Notes: a model not told the origin generated them from the letters alone. 64,000 nt of DNA from an uncultured delta proteobacterium (GCA_963735595.1 CAVTLK010000005.1:576001-640000); one strand, 5' to 3'. Shown: positions 10,337 to 21,311, counted from the first letter of the stretch. Made by a program: numbers and translations.

Positions 10337-11191
10337 ATGGATAAGAAACCCTATATTGTCACCGGCGCAAACGCCGGCATCGGCAAGGCGATCGCAGTCA
10401 AACTCGCCGGCATGGGCCGGCGCGTGGTCATGGTAAGCAGGGACGCCGAAAAGGGCCGTATCGCGGCCGACGAGGTGCGCGCCGCTGCGAAAGGCACGGG
10501 GGGCGGCTCGGTGGAGCTGGTGGTCGGCAGCCTCAACACGGTCGCCGACGCCCGGCGGCTTGGAGAGACGATCCGGGACCGGTATCCGACAATCGGCTGC
10601 CTCGTCAACAACGCCGGGGTCTGGATGACCAAAAAGGTCTTGAATGCCGACGGGATCGAGACGACCTTCATGGTCAACCACCTGGGGCCGTTCATCCTGA
10701 CAAACCTCCTGATTCCGAACCTTGAGGCCGGCGCGCCGTCACGAGTCGTCAACGTCAACGCGGGGCTCTACGTCTTCGGCAGGCTCGACCTCGAAAAGAC
10801 GCCTGCGGGCGCCGACTTCGGCCGGTTTTTCACCTACTGCAATTCCAAACAGGCGAATCTCCTGTCTACCGTGGAGCTGGCGCGGCGGCTCGATCCGAAG
10901 GAAGTGACGGTCAACGCCCTGCACCCCGGCGTAATCAGGACGGGCCTGGCGCAGGGGGATACGGCCGGGATACTCCGTCCCGCCGTCAGCGCGTGGAAGC
11001 GGTTCATGAAGACGCCCGAGGAGGGCGCGGCCGCGCCGGTATGGGTAGCAACGGAGCCGGAGCTTGCCGGGGTGACGGGGAGGTTCTTTTTTCTGACGAA
11101 AGAGAAAGATATCCTCCCCAAGGCGCAGGACCCGGAAACGGCGGTGCGGCTGTGGGAGCTGAGCGCGAAGATGAGCGGGGTGGGGGGGTGA
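10337..11191 (+). CDS. SDR oxidoreductase (retinol dehydrogenase-like)
   Basis: TGANAGIG, NNAG, VNHLG, YCNSK, HPG. Confidence 0.92.
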   Translation: MDKKPYIVTGANAGIGKAIAVKLAGMGRRVVMVSRDAEKGRIAADEVRAAAKGTGGGSVELVVGSLNTVADARRLGETIRDRYPTIGCLVNNAGVWMTKKVLNADGIETTFMVNHLGPFILTNLLIPNLEAGAPSRVVNVNAGLYVFGRLDLEKTPAGADFGRFFTYCNSKQANLLSTVELARRLDPKEVTVNALHPGVIRTGLAQGDTAGILRPAVSAWKRFMKTPEEGAAAPVWVATEPELAGVTGRFFFLTKEKDILPKAQDPETAVRLWELSAKMSGVGG

Positions 11192-11223
11192 TCCCCCATC
11201 CGCGAGGCGTGGAGAGCGGCGTC

Positions 11224-11481
11224 CTATTTTTCTGCATCCGATGAATCCTTCCCACCGCCCGCGAGCCTTTCCGCGATGATCTTCGTGGTGCCGGCCACGA
11301 TCGGGAATATCGAAAGCAGCATGACCAGCGCGAGGACGGCGACGATGATATTTGCGGCCACGCTGCCCGAAAACGGCTTCTCGGACGCGAGGTAGGTCAC
11401 CAGGATCACGAGCGCCATGAGGATAAAGGGCACGGCCAGCATATACCAGCCGATCCTGAGCAGTTTTCTTCCTGAAATCAT
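11224..11481 (-). CDS. Small two-TM membrane protein
   Basis: Two hydrophobic segments; GAGGGAG upstream of the ATG. Confidence 0.6.
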   Translation of the reverse strand: MISGRKLLRIGWYMLAVPFILMALVILVTYLASEKPFSGSVAANIIVAVLALVMLLSIFPIVAGTTKIIAERLAGGGKDSSDAEK

Positions 11482-11509
11482 TACGCTCCCTCTCACATAA
11501 AATCCCTGT

Positions 11510-12265
11510 CTATTTCGGCTCCGCATCCCGGCTGGGGCCGGGGTCATAGACGATCTTTGTCGTAAACGTCTTCGGCATCGGCGCGGTGAACGTCATCTCG
11601 GCGCCGGTCGTGGGGTGGGCCAGCGTCACCGAGTATGCCCAGAGCATGATCCCCTTAACGACGTCCCCGGCCCTGCGCCGCTCGCCCGGTATCTGTTTTG
11701 CGCCGTACTTGATGTCCCCCACGATGGGGCAGCCGATTTCGGCAAGCTGTGCCCTGATCTGGTGTTTCCTGCCCGTGATCAGCTGCACCTCGACAAGGCT
11801 CGTCTCCACCCCGATCTCGATGATAGTATAGAGCAGGCGCGCTTCCTGCGCGCCGGGGGTCTCGGGATAGACGACCTTCATCATCGTCCCGGATTTCGCC
11901 AGGAAATGGGTCAGCTCCCCGAACGGCAGCTTCGGCATCCCCTCCACGAGCGCCCGGTAGGTCTTTTTCGTCTCGCGTTCCCGGAACTGTTCGGAGAGGC
12001 GGCCTGCGGCCTTGCTCGTCCGCGCGAATACGATCACCCCCCCTACGGGGCGGTCCAGCCGGTGCACCAGCCCGAGGTAGACGTCCCCCGGCTTGGCGTA
12101 TTTTTCGGCGAGATACCGCTTGGCCAGGTCCATCAGGCAGATGTCCCCCGTCCGGTCGGCCTGGGTGAGCATGCCGGTTGGTTTTACCATTGCCAGCAGG
12201 TGGTTATCCTCGAAGAGGACCAGGTTCCCGATCATCTCGAATGTCCAGTCGATTGCGATTCTCAT
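11510..12265 (-). CDS. RluA-family RNA pseudouridine synthase
   Basis: VHRLDRPVGG, TGRKHQIRAQ, PIVGDIKYG. Confidence 0.92.
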   Translation of the reverse strand: MRIAIDWTFEMIGNLVLFEDNHLLAMVKPTGMLTQADRTGDICLMDLAKRYLAEKYAKPGDVYLGLVHRLDRPVGGVIVFARTSKAAGRLSEQFRERETKKTYRALVEGMPKLPFGELTHFLAKSGTMMKVVYPETPGAQEARLLYTIIEIGVETSLVEVQLITGRKHQIRAQLAEIGCPIVGDIKYGAKQIPGERRRAGDVVKGIMLWAYSVTLAHPTTGAEMTFTAPMPKTFTTKIVYDPGPSRDAEPK

Positions 12266-12352
12266 CTTTATCCGGCAGTTAATGTGTGATATAAGGATAC
12301 ATCAGGACGGTCGTTTTTTCACCTTAAAAACGTATCGATACGGGGCTGACGC

Positions 12353-13063
12353 GTGAAGGAGAGCAAGCAGGGCGATCAGGGAGCTCTTTTCCCGGTCGGG
12401 GATCGGCCTGTCCGACTTTCAGGTCGACCGGTTCTGGCTCCTCTACGCAAAGCTCGTCGAAAAAAACCCCGAGGCCGACCTGACGCGCCTGGTGACCTTC
12501 GAGGACATCGTCGTCAAACATTTCATTGACTCGGTCATGCCGGGCCGCCTCGCCGATCTCCCGTCGCCGCTCCTGGATATCGGGACGGGGGCGGGGTTTC
12601 CGGCCCTGCCGCTGCTCATCATGAATCCCGGCCTTTCGATGGTGCTTTCCGAGCCGCGCAAGAAACGGGTCGCCTTCATCCTGGAGATGATCGACCTGCT
12701 GGGCCTTGCCAGCGCCGAAGTCTACCCCCACAAGGTCATGCCCGATTTTCCCCTGTCCGTCTCCGGCGTGATCACGCGGGCGCTGGAGGCCGCCGAGGAT
12801 ACGCTCCTGCGCTGCGCGCCGTTCCTGGCGCCGGGCGCGCGGGTCATCCTCATGAAGGGGCCGGCGGGGGCGGGCGAGAGTCAGACCCGGCCCTGGCCGG
12901 GGCGGGGGCCTTCTTCCGGCTCGAACGCGACATCCCCTACACCGTGCCCAATACGCCCTACGAGCGCAGGCTCCTGGTCTTCGGGCGCACCGGCGAGGAG
13001 TGGACCTCCGGGCGGGCGGGACGGGGACGCCCCGGAGCACGGGGCGGGTCGTCGATATCGTGA
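12353..13063 (+). CDS. rsmG: 16S rRNA m7G527 methyltransferase, frameshifted; may be fused to the downstream TrmH domain
   Basis: LTRL, KHFIDS, LDIGTGAGFPAL, KRVAF, TRAL, MKGP; frame changes near 12370 and 12880. Confidence 0.82.
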
Positions 13064-13803
13064 GCGAGGCCAACGAGCGGTTCAGGGAGTTCAGGGCGCT
13101 CCTTACCGGCCGCGGCCTCAAGAAGGAGGGGACGGCCCTTATCTCCGGCGCCAAGGTCATCGACGAGATCGTCGGCCGGCACCCGGCCGACATCGTCGGG
13201 TGGATCGGCACCGGCAAGGCCGGCGGGCCGCCGGAGGCGCTTGCCGGCGTGCCGTGGTACCGGCTCTCCGGCAGGCTCTTCGAGGAGCTCGACGTCCACG
13301 GCACGGGCGGGCCGCTTATCCTGGCGGCGGTGCCCCAGCTGCCCGAGTGGCAGGATTCGGAGGAAAACGAGGGGCTCACCCTCTTCGTCCCGTTCCAGGA
13401 CCCCGCCAACGTGGGGGCGGTTATCCGGTCGGCGGCGGCCCTCGGGGCCGGACGGGTGGTGCTCCTTGCCGGGGCGGCAAATCCGTACCACCACAAGGCG
13501 GTGCGGGCGGCGGGCGCGGGACTGTTCCGCGTGCCGCTGATGCGGGGGCCCTCCATCGAGGCGCTCACGGTCAGGGCGGTGCCCCTCTTTACCCTGTCGG
13601 CGGAGGGCGAAAATATCGCGAAGACGACCCTGCCGCGGACGATGGGGCTCCTGGTGGGCGTCGAGGGGCCGGGGGTGCCGGAGCGGTTCCGGCAAAAGCG
13701 GCTCATCGGCATCCCGATGGAGGCGGGCAGCGAATCGCTCAACGCCGCGGTGTCGGCGGCGGTGGCGATGTACGAGTGGTACCGGAGGCATCATACGAAA
13801 TAA
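13000..13803 (+). CDS. TrmH/SpoU RNA methyltransferase
   Basis: QDPANVGAVIRS, GVEGPG, ESLNAAVS. Confidence 0.9.
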   Translation: MDLRAGGTGTPRSTGRVVDIVSEANERFREFRALLTGRGLKKEGTALISGAKVIDEIVGRHPADIVGWIGTGKAGGPPEALAGVPWYRLSGRLFEELDVHGTGGPLILAAVPQLPEWQDSEENEGLTLFVPFQDPANVGAVIRSAAALGAGRVVLLAGAANPYHHKAVRAAGAGLFRVPLMRGPSIEALTVRAVPLFTLSAEGENIAKTTLPRTMGLLVGVEGPGVPERFRQKRLIGIPMEAGSESLNAAVSAAVAMYEWYRRHHTK

Positions 13804-13861
13804 ATCTGCGGCTGTCTTATGCGGATGCGATAATTCTGATACGCACTGAGGGAGTACTTCC

Positions 13862-14857
13862 ATGAAGGCACTGGTAACCGGCGCGGGGGGATTTATCGGC
13901 TCGTTTCTGAGCAGGGGGCTGATCGAGCGGGGCTATTCGGTCCGGGGGCTCTTCCTGCCCAACGAGGACACGGCGGCGGCCGAACGGCTCGGCGTCGAGG
14001 TCTTCCGGGGCGACCTGACGAAACCGGAGACGCTCAAGGGGGCCGCCGACGGCGTTGACGTCGTCTTCCACCTGGCCACCCGCGTGGCGGACTGGGGAAG
14101 TATGAAGGTCTTCCGGTGCGTCATGGTGGAGGGCACCGGAAACCTCCTTCGCGAGGGCCGCGGTACAATAAAACGGTTTGTCTATTTCTCCTCGGTCGCG
14201 GCCCTCGGCCTCGGCCGGGATATCGACGGGCTGAATGAAGCCGCGCCGCGCGTGGTATGCGGCGTCCCCTACTGCGACACGAAGGGGGAGGCCGAGGACC
14301 TGGTCGCCGGATTCTGCGCGGAGGCCGGTATCGAACATGTCATCGTGCGGCCCGCCAACGTCATCGGGCCGGGAAGCGTCTGGGTAACGGACGTGCTGGA
14401 CGCCTATTACCGCGGGCCGCTGCCGCTGATAGACGGGGGCAGGGCGCCGGGTGCTTTCGTGTGGGTGACCAACCTCGCCGACGGGGCGATCGCGGCGGCG
14501 GAGCTGCCCGCCGCGGCCGGCAAGACCTACCACTTCCGTGACGACTACCGGATCACCTGGGAGGGGTATCAGCGGTTCCTGGGCGGCCTGATCGGCAAGC
14601 GTCCCGTGGGGAGCCTCCCCTTTGCCTTCGCATGGAAGCTCGGCGCGGCCCTGGAGGCGCTCCTCTCGCCCCTCGGCATACGGCCGCCCCTCACGAGGCT
14701 CGCCGCCGGCGTCATGGGCAGGAACCTCGACGTGGATACGGCGCGGGCCAAAAAGGAGCTGGGCTGGAAGAGCAGGGTCGGCGAGGCCGAGGCGCTTGCC
14801 GAGATCGAGCGGTGGGTGAAAGAGGTCTATATACCGGGGAGGAAAAGGAAGCGGTAA
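13862..14857 (+). CDS. NAD-dependent epimerase/dehydratase (3-beta-HSD-like extended SDR)
   Basis: TGAGGFIG, HLA, YCDTK, RPANVIGP. Confidence 0.88.
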   Translation: MKALVTGAGGFIGSFLSRGLIERGYSVRGLFLPNEDTAAAERLGVEVFRGDLTKPETLKGAADGVDVVFHLATRVADWGSMKVFRCVMVEGTGNLLREGRGTIKRFVYFSSVAALGLGRDIDGLNEAAPRVVCGVPYCDTKGEAEDLVAGFCAEAGIEHVIVRPANVIGPGSVWVTDVLDAYYRGPLPLIDGGRAPGAFVWVTNLADGAIAAAELPAAAGKTYHFRDDYRITWEGYQRFLGGLIGKRPVGSLPFAFAWKLGAALEALLSPLGIRPPLTRLAAGVMGRNLDVDTARAKKELGWKSRVGEAEALAEIERWVKEVYIPGRKRKR

Positions 14858-14872
14858 TCCCCGCTACCGCTC

Positions 14873-14932
14873 CTCGCAATGTCGGTGGAGTTGGTGTCAT
14901 TGCGAGCCGACGTAAGTCGGCGCGGCAATCCC
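14873..14932. repeat. REP-like palindromes of the GTCATTGCGAG/CTCGCAATGAC family
   Basis: CTCGCAATGTC...GTCATTGCGAG-CCGACGTAAGTCGG-CGCGGCAATCCC; related to 28780-28901. Confidence 0.65.
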
Positions 14933-14985
14933 CCGACTGTCACCATGATCGGTAACTCACCGGAATAATAGCGGACTATTTACCC

Positions 14986-15606
14986 ATGGAAATCATCTAT
15001 ATCCTCGACCTTTTCGGGACGTTCACCTTTGCCGTCAGCGGGGCGCTGTCGGCGGCCGGCAAGAAGTTCGACCTCTTCGGGGCGCTGTCCGTCGGGTTCG
15101 TGACGGCCGTGGGCGGCGGGACGGTCCGTGACCTGACCCTGGGGGCGACGCCGGTCTTCTGGCTCACCGACGTGAATTACCTGCTGGTGATCGCGGCGGG
15201 CGTCTTTGTCGTTTTCCTCTTCGCCCGCCACGTGCTCGCGTACGGCAGGGTGCTGCTGTTCTTCGACGCGCTGGGCATCGGGGTCTTCACCCTCATCGGG
15301 ATCAACCGGGCGCTGGGCGCCGGGGTCCTCCCGATCTTCGCGGTGCTCATGGGGGTGGTCACGGCGGTGGTGGGCGGGGTGCTGCGGGACGTGCTGGTCA
15401 ACGAGGTCCCGCTGATCTTCCGGAGCGAGGTCTACGCCACGGCCTGCCTGTTAGGGGGAGCGGTCTATTTCCTGCTGGCTGCCTCCGGCGTGCCGCAGGC
15501 GGTCGTCTATTTCTCGACCGCCGCCTTCGTTACGGGGTTGAGGCTCCTGGCCATCAGGTACCGGTTTCACCTGCCGGTGGTGAAGGTGGGGAAAGAAGGG
15601 CGGTGA
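14986..15606 (+). CDS. UPF0126/TRIC-family (YadS-like) membrane protein
   Basis: FAVSGA, TAVGGGTVRD, DALG, GGVLRDVL, SEVYA. Confidence 0.9.
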   Translation: MEIIYILDLFGTFTFAVSGALSAAGKKFDLFGALSVGFVTAVGGGTVRDLTLGATPVFWLTDVNYLLVIAAGVFVVFLFARHVLAYGRVLLFFDALGIGVFTLIGINRALGAGVLPIFAVLMGVVTAVVGGVLRDVLVNEVPLIFRSEVYATACLLGGAVYFLLAASGVPQAVVYFSTAAFVTGLRLLAIRYRFHLPVVKVGKEGR

Positions 15607-15665
15607 TTTCGAAACCCCTTTAGCTTTTCCCTCGTCGTGAAGCAGCCTTCACCAATTCGGCTCCC

Positions 15666-16365
15666 TCACTGTCTCCCCGCCTTCTCGTACGTTTCCGTCC
15701 TGCACCCCAGCGACTCGAACTTTTCCCGCGCCGCGGCCAGCTTATCGGGCGAATCGTACTTGAACCGCATCCCCAGCTCCAGCAGGTGGGCGGCATCGTC
15801 CGCGGGCATCGAGAGCTTCTTTGCCAGGAGCGCCACGACGTGCTCCCGCTGCTTTTTGTCCTCCGGCGGGTAGACCTTGAGGCGCAGGGTCACGCCGAAG
15901 GCGTGGCCGCAGAACCGGCAGACGCGGGCTTCCTTGTAGACGTCTTTCGCGCAGCCGGGGCATTTCTTCGTCGAGGGCTCTTCGAGACTGCGGCGTCCGG
16001 GGATGGCCCCTCGGGCGCCCGAATGTGTCCCGGTCTCCCCCGGGGGAGACGCCGGCGCGGCGTCTCCTCTCGGACGAGGCCGCGTCAAACCGGGAGGATG
16101 CCGACCGCCGGTTTTCACGCCCGTTGTTTGTCTCCGCCTGCCACCGGGCGGTCCACCCGTCTATCAGCAGGATAGCCCCGATGAAAATCGCGGCCGCCCC
16201 GACGATAACCGAGATGAACGGGACGGGCTCGGGCGCCTGTCCGGCCCTCAGTTTTTCAAGTACGTTCAGTCCCCCGGCAAAGAGCAGGAGGAGGGAGACG
16301 GCGATGAGGACCCATCCCGCGATGATCCGCCGCTGCGCCATAGTGGTCGACTGATTATTGCTCAT
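15666..16365 (-). CDS. Membrane-anchored zinc-ribbon protein, frameshifted near 16120
   Basis: Two N-terminal TM helices in one frame; KKCPGCA...VCRFCG in the next. Confidence 0.6.
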
Positions 16366-16402
16366 TGTCTGAAACCCTAATCAACGGGCGTCGCCGCGGA
16401 TT

Positions 16403-17262
16403 TCACGCGCTCCGATCCCTCAGCCGCGGGTCCAGCGCGTCGCGGATTCCCTCGCCCAGGAGGTTATAGCCCAACACCGTCAACAGGATCGCCAGCCCCG
16501 GGTAGAGCGACAGCCACCAGGCCACCTCGATGGAGTCCTTACCCTCGGTGAGGATATTGCCCCAGCTGGGGGTCGGGGGCTGGACGCCGATGCCGAGAAA
16601 CGAGAGCGCGCTCTCGGTGAGGATGGCGCCGGCCACGCCGAGGGTCGCCGATACGAGGATGGGCCCCATGGCGTTGGGCAGTATGTGTGAGAAGATGATC
16701 CTGAAGTCCCCGGCCCCCTGGGAGCGGGCCGCCAGGACGAAGTCACGTTTCGTGAGCGTCAGGAACTCCGCCCGCACGAGGCGGGCCACCCCCATCCAGC
16801 CGGTGATGCCGATGACGATCATGATATTATAGATGGAAGGCTCAAGGATGGCGATGACGGCAAGGATCAGGAAAAACGACGGGAAGCAGAGCATCACGTC
16901 CACGAACCGCATGACCGCCCCGTCGAGCAGGCCCCCGTAGTATCCGGCCACGGCGCCCAGCATCGTCCCGATCAGGATGGCAATGCCCACCGCCACGAAC
17001 CCGACCTTGATCGATATCCGCGACCCCCAGACCATGCGGGAAAAGACGTCGCGCCCCGATTCATCGGTTCCGAAATAGTAGGTCGAGTCGGGAGGGGAAA
17101 GGAGGTGATCCCTGTCCGGCACGTTGGGGTCAAAGGGGGAGATCAGGGGGGCGGCTATGGAGACAAAAAAGAAAAAGCCCACGATCACCAGTCCCGAGAC
17201 GGCAAGCCGGTTCCTGAAGAATCTGCGCCAGAAATCGGAGACGGATGATTGGTGGGTTTCAT
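16403..17262 (-). CDS. oppC: Oligopeptide/dipeptide ABC permease OppC/DppC (frameshift near the N-terminus)
   Basis: FGTDESGRD, FVLAARSQGA, HILPN, LSFLGIG, PSWG. Confidence 0.88.
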
Positions 17263-17305
17263 GCGACTTCTCTCTGTGCGGAACCCGGCCCGGCCGCCCG
17301 GGGCG

Positions 17306-18016
17306 CTATTCCTTCGCCTTTTCCTGCAGCTCGGCAAGCGTAATGATACCCTTCTCGATCAGGAGCTTGACGAGGGCCTGCAGGATCTTTCGCTCTACCG
17401 GCGCGGCGGCAGTCTCGCCGCCGGCCGGGACGTCGGGTTCAATGGATTCCGGGACGGGAATCGGTTTTACCTCCTCGGTTATGGTCACCTCTTCCCCGTC
17501 ACGGATAATGGTCATCCCCTCGTCAACGCCGACGGTCATGGCCTCGGGCTGCTTGGGGGCGTAATATTCCACGTCGATCCCGTAGAGCTGGCGCATGCCG
17601 TAGATGAGGCCCTTCTCGCGCGACAGGACCGGCTGCACCCGCATACCCGCCGAGAACTGGATCTCCTCGATGGCCGTGAGGTCAAGGGGGTTGGCCATCG
17701 CCACGAAGAGGGACCGCTTGCCGCCGAAATCGCCCACCTTTACCGGCACCGCCTTGAACTTCTTGACGGTCTCTTTTGGCACCAGCCGGAGAACCTCGGG
17801 GGGGACGCTCGCGTTTTCCAGGTTGATCACCGGCAGGTTCAGGTGATATTTCAGGGCGGCCAGCAACTTATCCTCAGTGATGATCCTGAGGCTGATAAGC
17901 GCCTCCCCCAGCTTGCCTCCCCAGTTTTCCTGATAACGGAGTGCCCGCGAGAGATCGTCCCGGCTGATGATGTTTTTCGAGACGAGAAACTCGCCCAGTC
18001 TCATTTTTGACTGCAT
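17306..18016 (-). CDS. Stand-alone MshEN/GSPII-N domain protein (c-di-GMP receptor candidate)
   Basis: [12 protein letters not shown]...ALRYQ and [12 protein letters not shown] tandem motifs, VAMANPLD; no ATPase domain. The apparent fusion to oppB comes from a frameshift. Confidence 0.8.
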   Translation of the reverse strand: MQSKMRLGEFLVSKNIISRDDLSRALRYQENWGGKLGEALISLRIITEDKLLAALKYHLNLPVINLENASVPPEVLRLVPKETVKKFKAVPVKVGDFGGKRSLFVAMANPLDLTAIEEIQFSAGMRVQPVLSREKGLIYGMRQLYGIDVEYYAPKQPEAMTVGVDEGMTIIRDGEEVTITEEVKPIPVPESIEPDVPAGGETAAAPVERKILQALVKLLIEKGIITLAELQEKAKE

Positions 18017-18024
18017 GACCGCAC

Positions 18025-19000
18025 CTATCCTTTTCTGATGCGCGGATCGACAACGGCATACGAGATATCCGCCAGGAGATTTCCCAGGAGCGTCAGGACC
18101 GCGCCGATGACAAGTATCCCCATGATCACCGGGTAGTCCCGCGCCATCACGCTCGAATAAAAAAGGCGCCCCATTCCGTAGATCGAAAAGATGCTCTCGA
18201 AGATCACGCTCCCCCCGATAAGTCCCGGCACGGACAGGCCCAGGATCGTGATGACCGGCATGAGCGCGTTTCTCAAGGGCGTGCTTGTAGATCACGACAC
18301 GCTCCGGCAATCCCTTTGCGCGCGCCGTGACGATATAGTCCTGCCGGATCACCTCAAGCATCGTGCTCCTCATGTAACGCGACAGGCCGGCCAGCCCGCC
18401 GAAGGCCGAGAGCGTCACCGGCATGAGCAGGTGTTTGGCCACGTCCCATATCCGGGCGGGCAGGCTCATGGTATCGTGCATGATTGATTTTACGCCGGAT
18501 ATCGGCAGCCACCCGAGGTCTATGCCGAAAAGACGCATCATCAACAACGCCAGCCAGAACGTCGGGACGGCAAAGCCGACGAAAACGAAGACGGTCGACG
18601 CCTTGTCGAAGAAGGAGTCCTGGTTGGTTGCCGAAAAGACCCCGATCGGTATGGCCACGACGATGATGAGCAGCATGGAAAGAACGTTGATCCCGATGGT
18701 GATGGGGATGGTCTCTTTGATCTTGTCGGAGACGGGCCTGCGGTCGGGAGAAAAGGATTCGCCAAAATCCAGCCTGACGATACGCTTGAGCCAGTTGTAG
18801 TACTGGATGTGGAGCGGTTTATCCAGGCCGTACAATTTCGTCAGCCGCTCCTTGGCCTCGGGGGTTGCCTTCGGGTTTTCGGCGGTGGCAAGATCGGTGG
18901 GCTTGCCCGGTGCAAGCTGCATTACTCCAAACGAGATAATGGTGATTCCCAAAAGGATCGGGATCATCAGGAGGAGCCGCTTGACGATGTATCGCGCCAT
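18025..19000 (-). CDS. oppB: Oligopeptide ABC permease OppB/DppB, frameshift near 18275
   Basis: [35 protein letters not shown]. Confidence 0.9.
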
Positions 19001-19015
19001 GATAGCCGCCCCCAA

Positions 19016-20653
19016 CTACCGCAGGTCGGTGTATCGCTGCAGTTCCCCGGGTACATACCACTGGTTGAAATTGTAGCTGATGCCGGCGGGCGCCGGCTCT
19101 ATCCCCTTGAAGCGGGCCTGGATGGCCGGCAGCGCGTAGGGGACGTACAAAAAGACGTAGGGAGCCTCGTCGGCCAATATCTCCTGCATGCGGTCGTAAT
19201 ACTCTTTCCGCTCATCCCTGTCGAGCGTCCGCCTGCCCTCTTCGAGGAGTCGGTCCACCTCTGGGCTGGCAAACGAGATGTGGTTGAGCTCGTTGGGGCC
19301 GATCTTCGAGGAGTGCCAGACGTCGAAGAGATCGGGGTCCTGCAGGATATTCCAGGCCAATATTACCGCCTCAAAGTCCTTCGGCTCGATAAACTCCGAG
19401 AGGAAGGCCGCCCACTCCACGATTCTGATGTTTACCTTTATCCCCACGTTCTTGAGCTTGTTCTGGATGAGCTCGGCGGATTTGGCGCGCAGCTCGTTGC
19501 CCTGGTTGGTGACGATGGTAAACGAAAACGGAACGCCGTCTTTGTCGAGGATGCCGTCGCCGTCGGTATCTTTCCAGCCGGCATCGGCAAGGAGGTCCTT
19601 TGCCTTTTCGGGGTCATAGTCGTAGCGCTGGACACCCGCGTTATACTGCCAGGTGCCGGGCTTATACGGCCCCGTGGCGATCTCGCCAAGGCCCAGGAGG
19701 ACGATATCAATGATTTCCTGTTTGTCGATCGCGTACGATATGGCCCGGCGCACCCGTTTGTCGGCGAACTTCGGGTCCTTCAGGTTAAAGCCGAGGTACG
19801 TGTAGCCGTCGGCGAGGTATTTATAGGTCACGAAATTCTGCTTGAACGACACGTCGTCGGTCTGGTGCTTATACTGGATGGGGGAAAGTCCCATCCAGTC
19901 CACCCCGCCCGATTTCAGTTCGAGGAACATCGTTGCGGTGTCTGGGATGATGCGGTAGATGACCTGGTCTATGTAGGGCCTGCCCTCAAAATAGTCATGA
20001 TACGAGCCCAGGACGATCTTTTCTCCGGTGGACCATTCCTTGAAGCGGTAGGGGCCGAGGCCGACGGGGTTTCTGCCCAGCTCCGAGGTGGTGATGTCTT
20101 TACCTTCGAGCAGGTGTTTCGGCATAATCCAGATACCCCAGCTTATCAGTGCCGGGGCAAACGGCTCATTGTACGTCACGATAAAAGTGTAGGGGTCCGG
20201 GTTTTTCGCCTCCCTGACCAGCAGGAAGTCGGCGGCATAGGCCGTCGGCGTGTTCGGGTCGATCATCAGCTCGTAGGTGAACATCACGTCGTCGCTCGTA
20301 AAGGGGACGCCGTCCTGCCACTTCACGTCCTTTCTGAGGTGAAAGGTGAAGGTGAGGTTATCTTTGGAGACCTCCCACGACTCGGCCAGGTCGCCCACGA
20401 TGGTATAGTCCTTGTCGTATTTCACCAGCCCATTATAGATAAAGCCGGCCACCTCGTGCGACGAGCTGTCCGACGAGATGATCGGGATCAGGTTGCTGGC
20501 GTCGCCGATTGACCCAATGATGATGGCGTCTCCATAGGCCGGGCCCGTGTCCGTCGATCCGTTTCCGATTGGCGAGTCGTTCTTGCAGGAGGGCACAAAC
20601 AGGATGAAGAGGGAAAGGACGGCGGCGAGCGCGGGACCGATCGGCTTTCTCAT
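19016..20653 (-). CDS. oppA: Peptide ABC transporter substrate-binding lipoprotein (SBP family 5)
   Basis: Lipobox VPSC, LAESWEVS, GLGPY, VRRAISYAID. Confidence 0.9.
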   Translation of the reverse strand: MRKPIGPALAAVLSLFILFVPSCKNDSPIGNGSTDTGPAYGDAIIIGSIGDASNLIPIISSDSSSHEVAGFIYNGLVKYDKDYTIVGDLAESWEVSKDNLTFTFHLRKDVKWQDGVPFTSDDVMFTYELMIDPNTPTAYAADFLLVREAKNPDPYTFIVTYNEPFAPALISWGIWIMPKHLLEGKDITTSELGRNPVGLGPYRFKEWSTGEKIVLGSYHDYFEGRPYIDQVIYRIIPDTATMFLELKSGGVDWMGLSPIQYKHQTDDVSFKQNFVTYKYLADGYTYLGFNLKDPKFADKRVRRAISYAIDKQEIIDIVLLGLGEIATGPYKPGTWQYNAGVQRYDYDPEKAKDLLADAGWKDTDGDGILDKDGVPFSFTIVTNQGNELRAKSAELIQNKLKNVGIKVNIRIVEWAAFLSEFIEPKDFEAVILAWNILQDPDLFDVWHSSKIGPNELNHISFASPEVDRLLEEGRRTLDRDERKEYYDRMQEILADEAPYVFLYVPYALPAIQARFKGIEPAPAGISYNFNQWYVPGELQRYTDLR

Positions 20654-20855
20654 GGGAAATCTCCACGAATCTGAAATAAATTAATCATATCGTGATAGTG
20701 GCCTCGGGTCAAGGAATTAATCCCCGGGTCGTCGGCCGTGGCGGCGGGAGGCCCCCTTCCCCGCGCAGACCGGCGGACCGTTTTTTGCGGGGATATTTTT
20801 TGTTGCCCGGCCGTCTTTGGGGTACGCTGTTTTTATCTATCCACTAAAGGAGTAC

Positions 20856-21167
20856 ATGAACATGATAAGCGAAAGCAACGCGGCCGCGGTGATGGAAAAG
20901 GCCGTCTCGCGGATCGAGGAGATCTTTCGGGCCGCCCTGCGGATCGAGGATGCCGTAAACAGGATGGCGGGGGAAGGGAAGGCCCCGGCCGGTACGGCGG
21001 CCGCCGCCGGCGCGCTGGAGGGCCTTTCACGGGAGATCATGGAAATCAGGAACCTTCAGAATGAGAATACAATGGCGCTGCGCGCTGTCCGCGAAGACGT
21101 CGAAAAACTCCTCGCGTTACGCTCCGGCGGCTTCACCGATATGCTCGGGCCGGACGGCCTGCGGTGA
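20856..21167 (+). CDS. Hypothetical helical protein
   Basis: SD AAAGGAG; ORF ends before a bidirectional terminator. Confidence 0.55.
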   Translation: MNMISESNAAAVMEKAVSRIEEIFRAALRIEDAVNRMAGEGKAPAGTAAAAGALEGLSREIMEIRNLQNENTMALRAVREDVEKLLALRSGGFTDMLGPDGLR

Positions 21168-21260
21168 GGGCGGCCGTTTCTCCCGGTCGCGGTATTTCTT
21201 AATGCTCCGCGCAGCGCCGCCGATTGTGCCGTGCGGGTGATCCCACAAAAGGACGATCGC

Positions 21261-21292
21261 AAAACAGGGGGGTATCGCCCCCCTATTTTTTT
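21261..21292. terminator. Bidirectional intrinsic terminator
   Basis: AAAACAGGGGGG-TATCG-CCCCCCTATTTTTTT between convergent genes. Confidence 0.75.
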
Positions 21293-21311
21293 GGGCCATC
21301 AATACGCCTGG

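Noticed and set aside
12492..13865. 457-aa ORF and other long Arg/Gly/Pro-rich or antisense ORFs (e.g. 18809-20512, 12324-13742, 42338-43441)
   Set aside because: Shadow frames of real high-GC genes or frameshift run-ons, with no independent motifs.
17306..19015. 569-aa OppB-MshEN fusion ORF in the track
   Set aside because: A frameshift near 18275 explains it: the true OppB C-terminus (RNAL...DPRIRKG) is in another frame, and the MshEN gene has its own ATG.
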